From assembly GCA_951406725.2 (NCBI GenBank), contig OX597828.1:2046001-2110000 (forward strand): 64,000 bases of DNA, in the 5' to 3' direction. Position numbers and translations under genes: made by a program. The DNA comes from Octopus vulgaris (lineage: Eukaryota). How positions within the stretch are numbered: position 1 is the first letter of the stretch; each line of letters begins with the position of its first letter. The notes under the pieces are model-generated. The model searched no databases and was not told where the DNA came from. It worked only from the letters and a program-made list of their open reading frames with translations. This document shows positions 1-14,549 of this stretch, in pieces.

Positions 1-2
1 TG

Positions 3-32
3 TCATACATACATGCATACATACATACATGA

Positions 33-68
<36 letters not shown>

Positions 69-127
69 GTGTGTGTGTATGTGTACGTATGTATGTATGT
101 ATGTATGTATGTATGTATGTATGTATG

Positions 128-151
<24 letters not shown>
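3..151. repeat. compound microsatellite (TACA)n/(TA)n/(TGTA)n
   Basis: Simple repeats visible directly; ORF 3..203 is their translation. Confidence 0.95.
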
Positions 152-158
<7 letters not shown>

Positions 159-340
159 AAAGGGCTTAGTAAAATAAATTACTTTGCCGCATACTGAACT
201 CATTAGAAATAGCAGCTAAAAAAACTTTTTTAAAACTATCTCCAATACTTAAAGAAAACCTCTCTCATATAGTGTTTGCTCAATTCAACCCACGAAAGTA
301 TGGGGGTAGAGACATTAAAAAATCAAATGCAAAGGTTATT

Positions 341-393
341 TGAGAACGTACGTTTCAAGATTAGTCAAAATCGACACTTCTATCATCAGCTCA
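341..393 (-). ncRNA. type I hammerhead ribozyme-like motif (copy 1)
   Basis: Reverse complement of the 1342-1394 motif. Confidence 0.6.
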
Positions 394-1341
394 GAACTCC
401 CTGGTTTGGATTTGAAAACACTGAAAGTGGGAGCATACCCTTTCGGCCTGTTATCGCTTCTGAAGATCTGCTCAAAACTAACAGTGCTAGCAAATTCAAA
501 TATGCAAGCGAAGAATTTCTGCTCTCCCCTTTCCACCAGCGTGGGTTAAAATCAGTAAACACTATGCTTTTTTCGGTAAAATCCGAGGCATTATATAGAG
601 AGAGATGAATTATAATTTCAACAATTGAGGGTAAAATTAATTAATTAATCAATTTCACCAAGTATTCAGTATACAAAGGGACCATTTAAGGCGAATTCAA
701 ATTATTACATTATATAAAAGGGCTTAGTAAAATAAATTACTTTGCCGCATACTGAACTCATTAGAAATAGCAGCTAAAAAAACTTTTTTAAAACTATCTC
801 CAATACTTAAAGACTAATCTTGAAACGTACGTTCTCAAATAACCTTTGCATTTGATTTTTTAATGTCTCTACCCCCATACTTTCGTGGGTTGAATTGAGC
901 AAACACTATATGAGAGAGGTTTTCTTTAAGTATTGGAGATAGTTTTAAAAAAGTTTTTTTAGCTGCTATTTCTAATGAGTTCAGTATGCGGCAAAGTAAT
1001 TTATTTTACTAAGCCCTTTTATATAATGTAATAATTTGAATTCGCCTTAAATGGTCCCTTTGTATACTGAATACTTGGTGAAATTGATTAATTAATTAAT
1101 TTTACCCTCAATTGTTGAAATTATAATTCATCTCTCTCTATATAATGCCTCGGATTTTACCGAAAAAAGCATAGTGTTTACTGATTTTAACCCACGCTGG
1201 TGGAAAGGGAGAGCAGAAATTCTTCGCTTGCATATTTGAATTTGCTAGCACTGTTAGTTTTGAGCAGATCTTCAGAAGCGATAACAGGCCGAAAGGGTAT
1301 GCTCCCACTTTCAGTGTTTTCAAATCCAAACCAGGGAGTTC

Positions 1342-1394
1342 TGAGCTGATGATAGAAGTGTCGATTTTGACTAATCTTGAAACGTACGTTCTCA
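1342..1394 (+). ncRNA. type I hammerhead ribozyme-like motif (copy 2)
   Basis: tgag-CTGATGA-[t aga agt gtc gatttt gac taa tct t]-GAAAC-gtac-GTT-ctca: stem I tgag/ctca, intact core boxes, palindromic stem/loop III ACGTACGT, GUU cleavage triplet. The base of stem II is imperfect. Confidence 0.6.
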
Positions 1395-1673
1395 AATAAC
1401 CTTTGCATTTGATTTTTTAATGTCTCTACCCCCATACTTTCGTGGGTTGAATTGAGCAAACACTATATGAGAGAGGTTTTCTTTAAGTATTGGAGATAGT
1501 TTTAAAAAAGTTTTTTAGCTGCTATTTCTAATGAGTTCAGTATGCGGCAAAGTAATTTATTTTACTAAGCCCTTTTATATAATGTAATAATTTGAATTCG
1601 CCTTAAATGGTCCCTTTGTATACTGAATACTTGGTGAAATTGATTAATTAATTAATTTTACCCTCAATTGTTG

Positions 1674-1719
<46 letters not shown>

Positions 1720-1879
1720 AAATCAAAAGTGCAAACACGACGTAACCCGAAGAAATTCAAAGCTAGCTTAATCCAAGGTTAGAGAAAGGAAATCCAAGAA
1801 TCAGGTTCTCCAAATCAGTCGGAAGGATTTAGAGGATCGCTGTGAAATGTGCGGTAATAGTTACATCAAACATTAAAAG

Positions 1880-2190
1880 CTGAGCAATAACAATGGAACA
1901 TAACAATAACGATAAGAAGACGTGCATTTGAAACTTATTAGCTTGACGCTCAGTAAAGGGAGAAAAAAGAGATTAGGCTCTTGATGTTTTGAGCGTAGCT
2001 CTTCAACAATATAACCACACGCATGCTGTTTGTGGACTTTAACCTTCTCTGGACTTTTCCTTCTGTTTCTGATGAAGAGCTACGCTCAAAACATCAGAAA
2101 TCCACTCTTTTTTCCACCTTCACTGAGCTAATGCATTTCATACGTACTTCCTCTTGTTTTGTTGTCATTATTTTTTATAGTCCATGTTGA
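1880..2190. mobile_element. inverted pair of degenerate PLE pLTR fragments with decayed minimal hammerheads
   Basis: gatgttttgagcgtagctcttca (~1983-2005) is the reverse complement of tgaagagctacgctcaaaacatc (~2073-2095); flanks are also loosely inverted. Same family as 53420-53640. Confidence 0.55.
2065..2099 (+). ncRNA. decayed minimal hammerhead motif
   Basis: CTGATGA-a-GAGC-tac-GCTC-AAAA-ca-TC. Relative to the copy at 53506, GAAA->AAAA and CG->CA, both consistent with CpG decay. Confidence 0.45.
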
Positions 2191-2220
2191 TGTTCAACTT
2201 TTAATGGCCAAAGCTGCTAC

Positions 2221-2263
2221 TCTGTGTTGATGAAAAGCAATAACCCAGAAACTAGTCCACAGA
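2221..2263 (+). ncRNA. type I minimal hammerhead motif (U3 variant, damaged stem II)
   Basis: tctgtg-TTGATGA-aaagcaataaccca-GAAA-ctag-TC-cacaga: perfect 6-bp stem I, palindrome ACTAGT, GUC triplet. Confidence 0.6.
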
Positions 2264-2985
2264 TGTTTTGCACTAGGTGGGAGTGGCGAGATAGTGTGTC
2301 GTATAGCCAGCTAGAAACTATGTTTCTTGGAGCCAAAAGAACAGTAACATCGTCACTTACGGGACAACAAACTTATGTTGGCAAATAGTCTTTACTTCAT
2401 TGAAGATAGTCCTGCCTCAAATTAAATCGAACAAAGGAATGTACAACCATCCTTGACATCTGTAAGCTGAATAGCTAAATAAGTCCAGCATCATCACATA
2501 AACCTCCATCCCCATATTACTACCATTCATTCCACTTTTTCCATCACCTTCCCGTCCTTCCCACAAAATATGCACATAAATACCCAAATAATTCAATCAA
2601 CCTTCGCATTGGTCAAAAGGGATAAACATCCTTGTATTAAACATCGATTAATGTTATACCGCCTGAAGAAATGGATCCATGAAGATGATCAACATGATGC
2701 CCAAGGATACTACGGACTACACTGTAATCATCCCAATAATAAGGGCTGTGATCTTAAGAGACATGTGATTAAATGTTTATAAATTCCATCCAAGGATTAT
2801 TGTTATTATTACTATATATATAAGTAAAGGCTATTTGCCAACATAAGTTTGTTGTCCCGTAAGTGACGATGTTACTGTTCCTTTGGCTCCAAGAAACATA
2901 GTTTCTAGCTGGCTATACGACACACTATCTCGGCACTCCCACCTAGTGCAAAACATCTGTGGACTAGTTTCTGGGTTATTGCTCA
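2221..2985. mobile_element. element with ~150-bp inverted arms (PLE pLTR-like)
   Basis: 2237-2388 is the near-exact reverse complement of 2831-2983. The arms include the 3' half of the hammerhead. Confidence 0.75.
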
Positions 2986-3103
2986 GTTAAGATCAGAAGT
3001 TATGAGAGTCAATGGCTGGTACATCATCAGGGTATATTATTATTATTATTATTATTATCATTGTTGTTGTTGCTGTTGTTGTTGTTGTTGTTGTTATTAC
3101 TCA

Positions 3104-3283
3104 GGCGGCGAGGTGCCAGAATCGTTAGCACGCCGGGCGGTATTTCGTCTGTCTACACGTTCTGAGTTCAAATTCCGTTCATCCTTTCGGGTGTCGATAA
3201 AACAAGTACCTGTTGAACACTGGGGTTGATTGAATCGACTAGTCCCCTTCCTCAAAATGTCTGCCCTTGTTGCAAAATTTGAA

Positions 3284-3328
<45 letters not shown>
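3104..3328 (+). mobile_element. SINE (ggcggcgagctggcag family, tail type B) with (TAT)n tail
   Basis: Head ggcggcgagg...gaatcgttagcacgccggg, central catcctttcgggtgtcgataaa..gtacc domain; homologous to 20435 and 53037. Confidence 0.85.
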
Positions 3329-3331
<3 letters not shown>

Positions 3332-4109
3332 AACTACTTTACTGCGGTCTTTTTTGTTCTGGAATTCAGGTATTCTCCTTGTGCTATGCATCGCTATGGT
3401 TTGTGCTCATTTTCTGCTAGTGGAGAAACCCAATTTAATAGTGTGCCGGTTAAAGATTCTATTGTATTTGTTCGATTTAGGAAAACCCCTATCTACAGCG
3501 GCGAAAATTTAGTCGGAATGTTAGTAGATATTTCCCTACAGAGTACTGCATTATACCACAGTGTAGCCTTCGATTTTTTTTTTCTTTTGTAGAGGTCACT
3601 ATTATTATTGTGAGTTTTCCTGAAGGTATTATCCTCGAAGTTGTTATAATCCTTGTTTACGTTGGTAGTACACTGTACATTCCTTTTCGTAAGAGGGTTG
3701 TTGCCATTTTCGATGCCTGTCCTAGTATAGCTTAGGTTATTAGTTTTGTTAGGGGGTTTAATTGCTCTTTCTTTATCGCTTATACCACTGTTAATATTGC
3801 TAATCTTACTAACCCGGTCCAATATGCGATTATTTTTGATATTGCTACTCTGGGCGCTGCCTGCTAACTTTATATCTAGGAGGTTCTCAGTTATTAGTGC
3901 TATTCCCTGAGTTTGTAATTACTAGGTTCCAGATTCCATCCCATCTTTTATGCTTTTCCGTTTGGTTTACGGACTTATATAGAACCCTATCCCTGCTTCT
4001 GTTAGCGCATTATTATATTGATTGTAAGAAAATGAAAGACAAATTTGAAATAACCTAAACCTTTAAAGGTTGGAATATGTTCCAAACATATTTGAACTGA
4101 CGTAAAGTG

Positions 4110-4162
<53 letters not shown>

Positions 4163-4163
4163 G

Positions 4164-4209
<46 letters not shown>

Positions 4210-4210
4210 C

Positions 4211-4256
<46 letters not shown>

Positions 4257-4467
4257 CTATGTATATATATATATCCAAATTTAGGGAATTTTTATTTTTA
4301 TTCGCATACATAAAATAGTTTTTTACAGCTTATCGAATATTGATAAGGGCAAAATTTACATCAGCAAACCCCAACTATTCCTGGAAGTTATTGTTTATAC
4401 ATTCTACGTGCGGCTAAAACTTACTAACTTCCTACATCTGGATGCTTGTGTCCTACCTACATGCATG

Positions 4468-4511
<44 letters not shown>

Positions 4512-4514
4512 GGA

Positions 4515-4558
<44 letters not shown>

Positions 4559-4649
4559 GTAAGGATACTTTGTAGTATGTGTATTTGTATATACCTCTCT
4601 ATATATACATATATATGAATACAAACACATATGCATATATAGTATAGTA

Positions 4650-5375
4650 GGCATCCGTCTGTCTCGAGAGGTCATGGAACTGCGCCGAAAGGAATCGTGT
4701 CAGCTGCTGATGGTGGTTCAGTGCATGTTGTAGCTGTACAGGCCGACACGGGAGTAGGAGTCACACATACATCGACTGCATTTGAAGGAGCTCTGCCGAT
4801 GCTGCGGATTATTTCTTTCCGTCGCGTGCGCTTATCTTTCATGGCGAGTACCTCTTTTTCCTCCGCTCTCTTCATTCCCTTTCGCAGTATAAGCCTCCAG
4901 TGTGGGTAATCATTTGCAACCTCCTCCCATCTCAGGATGTCCAGATCAAGCGGTTTCATGTCTCTTTTACAAACATCTTTGAAACGAAGATGAGAACGTC
5001 CTCGTGCTCTTGTGACGGTAGCCAATTCTTCTTACAAAAGGTCTCTTGGAATCCTTCCGTCCAGGATGTGATGAATATGACCGAGCCAGCGCAACGACGC
5101 TGCTGGAGCAAGATGTGTATGCTGGGTATCTTTGTTCGGCTGAAGTCTTCAGTGCTGGTGATGCGTTCGGACTACTTGATGTCCAAGATGCGTCTTATAT
5201 TGCAAAGGTGAAAGACGTTGAGACGCCGTTCCTGCCTAGAGCAGAGGCTCCACGTCTCGCTGCCATAAAGTAGTGTACTAACAACGCACACCTTATAGAC
5301 GACGATTTTGTTGTTTGAATTCCTGACAAGCCTTTGAGAGTTTGTCCACGAGGTGCTGCATTTGCTCTTCGGTGT
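4650..5375 (-). mobile_element. RTE-clade LINE 3' fragment (degenerate RT C-terminal region)
   Basis: ORF 4672..5025 RARGRSHLRFKDVCKRDMK..WEEVA..WR is typical of RTE C-termini; upstream TEEQMQHLVDKLSKACQEF resembles RT. Confidence 0.8.
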
Positions 5376-5451
5376 ACGCTATGTATGTATGTATGTATGT
5401 ATGTATGTATGTATGTATGTATGTATGTATGTATGTATGTATGTATGCATG

Positions 5452-5506
<55 letters not shown>

Positions 5507-5526
5507 ATGGAATATTATTATTATTA

Positions 5527-5587
<61 letters not shown>

Positions 5588-5602
5588 TATTATTATTCTT
5601 AC

Positions 5603-5780
5603 ACAGGAATGGCTATGTGATAAACAGCTTGCTTCCCAACCACATGGTTCCGGATTCAGTCCCACTGCATAGCACCTTGGGCAAGTGTCTTCTATTTTAG
5701 CATCGGACCGACCAAAGCCTTGTGAGTGGATTTGGTAGATAGCAAACTGAAAAAAGCCCGTCGTATGCATATATGTATTA
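5603..5780 (+). mobile_element. tRNA-derived SINE (ggcgcaggagtggctgtgtggt family), 5' half; 3' half at ~6915-7145
   Basis: A-box/B-box-like head ggctatgtgataa...ggattcagtccc; homologous to 7154, 27779, 31256 and 46498. Interrupted by a Helitron and (TA)n. Confidence 0.8.
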
Positions 5781-6910
<1,130 letters not shown>

Positions 6911-7153
6911 ATGGATGGATGGATGGATAGATGTTTTCGTGCTTCTGTGTTTGTCCACCCACCATTGCTCGACAGCCAATGCTGGTGTGTTTACGTAGCC
7001 GTAACCTGGCGGTTCGACAAAAGAGACGGATAGAATAAGTACTACGGTTACAAACAATAACTTCCTGAGTCGATTTGTTTGACTAAAGGCGGTGTTCCAG
7101 CATGGCCGCAGTCAAATGATTGAAACAAATACAAGAATAAAAGAATATATATA

Positions 7154-7301
7154 GGCGCAGGCGAGGCTATGTGGTCAGAAGCTTGCTTCCCAACGACGTG
7201 GTTTGGGGTTCAGTCCAACTTCGTGGCACCTTAGGCAATACAGCCTTGGGCCCCCAAAGCCTTGAGAGTGGACTTAGTAACAGAAACTGAAAGAAGCCCG
7301 T

Positions 7302-7357
<56 letters not shown>

Positions 7358-7358
7358 T

Positions 7359-7391
<33 letters not shown>

Positions 7392-7590
7392 AAGTGTGTG
7401 TGTGTCATTGTGTCTATGTTTGTCCCCCTCACGATCGCTTGACAGTCGATGTTGGTGTATCAGCAAAAGAGACCGATAGAATAAGTACTAGGCTTACAAA
7501 GAATGAGTCTTGGGGTCGATTTCTTCGACGAAAAGGCGGTATTCCGGCATGGCCGCAGTCAAATGACTGAAATAAGTAAAGGAATAAAAG
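7154..7590 (+). mobile_element. tRNA-derived SINE with internal (TA)n
   Basis: Head ggcgcaggcgaggctatgtggtcag; 3' part gcatggccgcagtcaaatgactgaaa is shared with other copies. Confidence 0.85.
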
Positions 7591-7657
7591 AACAGTATAT
7601 ATATATCAAAGAGTATATATACATATTTATATGTACAAACATACATACATACATACA

Positions 7658-7690
<33 letters not shown>

Positions 7691-8939
7691 GTATACACAC
7701 ATACACGTACACATGCATAAAATTACCACTGTAATTATACATTCAAGGCTGATCATCCATGGGTGATTCCTAATTGTCAGTGAAGTAAGCAGGAATGCAA
7801 TGCTATACGAAATCACATCCGCAAACCCAACAATTTGTCATATGAAATACATAAAAATAAAATATTCTAGACTTCGTTCTTTACTTTACACTAATGCTGA
7901 ACTTATTCTCATCATTTATTCACAAAACGTAAGTTAATGGGATGCAGTTAGTTACATGGTACAAATATTAGAAAATAGCAGAAGTAAATAGAGAATTTTT
8001 ACATGCTGTCAGTTGCAGAACTGCAGTGGATTACATGATACGAAATCATGCAATATTCATTTATATTACTTGATGAATGGCACGGTTGAAAATGACGCGA
8101 AATCCCATTTTACTCCAGTTTCCTTTCGTTTATTTGACACCATACTTTGCACATACTCACTGAGAGAGTTTTATAATACATATATTAAAAACTGTTTATT
8201 TAAATTTATAGCAAATGTCATATGAGTCAAACTCTCAAACCTCGGGGTAAATCAATAGTAATACTCATTCCCTTTGGCTTAGAAATACAGACAGGAAAAT
8301 GTCAATCGTGAAATGAAAGCAATAAAGATTAAACGAATTGGTCTGGACATTAAATAGCAGTTTAAAATATTGGAAAAGTATATTTTCAGTTCAGTAAGTA
8401 GATGTGTTTAGCATGCTCGCTCTAATAAACTTTAAAAATTGTCTACTCTATAAAATAAAGAAAACGAAAAAAAGTTGTAAATAAGAGGCAAGCAGAACAA
8501 TCAATATTAAGTTTCCTAAGCTTTTTCATCCATTAGTTTGTTTTTGAGGAAGGGAGTTTGCCCATAGTATTTGCAGAACCTCTGACACCGGTAAGATTGA
8601 AACCGTTAACGTTTTGCTCATTATTCTGCAAGTAAACAGTTGCTACTAAAACATGTCCAGGGAGAGGAGAGGACGAAACAAGGTAAGATTAAAGGACTAA
8701 ACGTTTTGATTTGTACGGAGACTGGAAACGGACACATTATGTGTGACATGAGGAAGAGACACAAATGAGTTGGAAGTAACTGTATGGAGGTGACATGATA
8801 TCAACCAGCTACGTGGAGCAGACATGGCTATAGTGGTTGAGTAGAGAAAGAGAGGAGACAGCAGAATTGTGGACCAGACGTTAGAGCGTTTTTGGTGAGT
8901 GTTGGTACAACCACATTACTCTGCCGAAAATAAGTTAAA

Positions 8940-9930
8940 CGAACACTGTGCTCTAGCAGATACTTCTCCTTCAGTCTTGATGCCAACAATTCTGATTTAT
9001 CTTTTCAGAGGGATAAGTATCTGACATGGTCGTTCAGTTCAGCTTGGGAAAATTTCTGAGGTTCAAAGCTATCATCATCAGCCACATAATCTTCCTCAGC
9101 AGCACTATCGTGACAGTCAGCATCACCATCTTATGTTTCAATACCAACATCTGGTAGAGTTGGAATTGAAACACTTCCATTGTGAGTCATAGGTTCCATT
9201 GCAGAATCCAAATTGGGACACACAATTTTGTATTTACTCTTCATACAAAATCCTGTGACATTACTTTGCAAAAATAACAGTCATTAAAATGGTCTTTCGG
9301 CTCCATTTCATTGGAATAGCAAAAGGCATGGACTTCTTCTTATTGAACAGTCATGTAAGCCATTTGAGCGAGCTGAGCAGATAAAAATGTGGCAACCTTA
9401 ACATAGCTTATAAATCATCTTGATGTCTGGTGTTATTGTACGTTTTTGAGCTTTCACAATAAATGGTCCACAGGCATAACATAACACACCAGGAGGATTT
9501 CTATAGTCTTGATAGTGTTGACACTGTAAAACAAGTAAGAAAATAGAGACAAATGGTTATACTTATATTGAATTTGAGATGATGAAATATTTCCTCAGAC
9601 CAATTGTGACTGAACAATTTGAGATGTTGAAATACCTATTTCATCAGACAAAACTTGGTTGGCTAATTTAAGATGACGAAATATAGCATCTGAACTATAC
9701 AGCAATGAATAATGTACTTAATTTTAAGGGTATGTTTTATGATGTAAACAATATACATGAATACATGTCATTAATTGGAATTTCTATATAATGCGTGAGC
9801 TAAAACTAAAGACTTTCTCATCTTGATAACATGATATCAAAAAAACTAATTGTATGTTTGAAATCAGCATTAAAATTCATATACAAAATTCACCTTGACA
9901 TATGCTTGATGAAAAATACTTGTTGATCAG
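8940..9930 (-). mobile_element. degenerate DNA transposon, Chapaev3-like transposase N-terminus
   Basis: The minus strand of ~9180-9490 translates in pieces as CYACGPFIVKAQKRTITPDIK...PFAIPMKW..PKDHFNDCYFC...CPNLDSAMEPMTH, a Cys/His pattern I associate with Chapaev3 transposases. Family assignment is from memory. Confidence 0.5.
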
Positions 9931-9933
9931 CGA

Positions 9934-12771
<2,838 letters not shown>

Positions 12772-12782
12772 TAATAATAATA

Positions 12783-12830
<48 letters not shown>

Positions 12831-12832
<2 letters not shown>

Positions 12833-13175
12833 CTGTAACAACCTGCACTTAGCCGAAGTAACAATCAAAAGAGGTATCTTCCAGGGAGAGCCTTGTTCCC
12901 CATTGTTATTTGTTATAGCCTTGATCCCACTTTCTGTAGTCCTAAGCAAAGTCAACGCGCATTATAATCTGAAAAAGAATGGACCTCGTCTCAACCACCT
13001 TCTCTTCAGGGATGATTTTAAATTGTTTGCAAAAACAGAGCCCGAAATGGAGAGGCTGGTTGAGACTGTACAGATGTGTAGCAGGGATATAGGGATAGAA
13101 TTCCTTATCTCGAAGTATGCGGTGCTTACTTTCAAATGGCGGAGTGGGGGAAGAACCGATTGTAAGGGCATAGAA
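12831..13175 (+). mobile_element. R4/Dong-like RT fragment
   Basis: IKRGIFQGEPCSPLLFVIAL...NHLLFRDDFKLFA in ORF 12768..13280. Confidence 0.8.
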
Positions 13176-13264
13176 TTGTTTATTGCTTCCTACATAACTC
13201 CTAGTGGACTACTCTCCTTAGGTTGTCATGTCTTTTCTTGTATTCAATCTGTGGCAGCAAACTA

Positions 13265-14549
13265 TCAGGTCCTCCCATAAGTTCTGTCCGATTTTACCTT
13301 TTTTTTTTAAAAAATTGAAATTTAATAGTATTTTAGAATGTCTAATGGAATTAAAAATTATTTTTATGCATTTGTGTACATTTAAACTAATTAAATATTA
13401 TTTTACAGAATAAAAGAATTAAAACTTCTTTGATTAAACCTCTTTCTAACATGGAAGTATCCAAAGAGCATTTGAGGTACATAATGCTTTATGAGTACAA
13501 AAAAGGAAACTCTGCAGCCGAAGCGACACGAAACATACACTCAGTTTATGGGAAAGAATGTTTAAATGAAAGAACTTGCACAAGATGGTTTGCAAAATAC
13601 AGAAGTGGAGAGTTCAGCCTTAAAGACGAAGATCGAACAGGACGTCCAGTTGAGTTTGATGATAAGCTCCTTGAGGCATTACTTGAAAAAACTCCTGTAT
13701 TATCAGTTGAAGAATTGTCAATAAAGCTTAGTTCAAACCATACAACTGTTCATCGTCATCTTTAACAACTTGGAAATGTTCCTAAACTTGGAAAATGTGT
13801 GTCTCATGAATTGTCCGAAAGCAATCGCAAATCCCGAGTTGACATCTGATTTTCTCCCCATTTTCGCGAACTCATTTCACGCTTTTTGGATAGTCTTGTG
13901 ACTGGTGACGACAAATGGATCTTCTATCGAAATGTTAAACGTCGTAAACAGTGGCTTGGTAAAAGGCAAAAAGCTCAACCACGACCGAGACGGGAACTTC
14001 ATGGGAAAAGGCTCTTCTCTCTATCTGGTGGGATTGCAAAGGAGCAATTCACTTTGAATGGTTACCACCTAATTCAACAATCAATGTTCAAGTCTACTGT
14101 CTGCAATTAGAGCATTTGAACCAAGCTTTGAAGAAAAGAAAACCCGCTTTAGTGAATCGAAAAGGAATGATGTTTCATCAGAACAATGCGCGACCCCACA
14201 CTGCAAAGATCACATCACAGAAAATCGAAGAGCTTGGTTGGGAAAAAATTATTCATCTATCTTATTCTCCCGACCTTGCTCCTTCAGACTATCATTTGTT
14301 TCGTAGTTTACAGAATCATTTGTGGGATATAACTTTCGCAAGCCAGGAGGAGGTCGAAACTGACATTTCAGAGTTCTTCGCTTTGACACCAAAAGAGTTT
14401 TACGTTGATGGGATTAAAAAGCTTGTAAATAGATGGAAGTCATAGATAATCAGAGAAAGTACATTGATGATTAACTTTCAATTAAATATAACATTTGATC
14501 ACTTGTTTTCTTTATTCAAAATTCGGTCAGAATTTATAGGATGACCTGA
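13265..14549 (+). mobile_element. full-length mariner (DD34D) transposon with disrupted transposase
   Basis: TIRs tcaggtcctcccataagttctgtccgatttt and aaaattcggtcagaatttataggatgacctga; TA on the left, TG on the right. Motifs LVTGDDKW, HQNNARPH, YSPDLAPSDYHLF; stops and frameshifts in 13451-14445. Confidence 0.92.

Larger units (their letters stand above)
152..1680. mobile_element. tandem-plus-inverted array of a ~558-bp non-coding unit (Penelope pLTR / retrozyme-like) flanked by (TA)n
   Basis: agggcttagtaaaata recurs at 161 and 719 (period 558). From ~812 the unit runs in reverse complement, with gactaatcttgaaacg at 812 and 1369 (period 557). Copies are nearly identical and the full units carry a hammerhead-like motif. 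Confidence 0.8.

Noticed and set aside
276-608. 110-aa ORF and its inverted copies (1138-1459)
   Set aside because: Lies in the repeat unit antisense to the ribozyme, is frameshifted between copies and has no recognisable domain.
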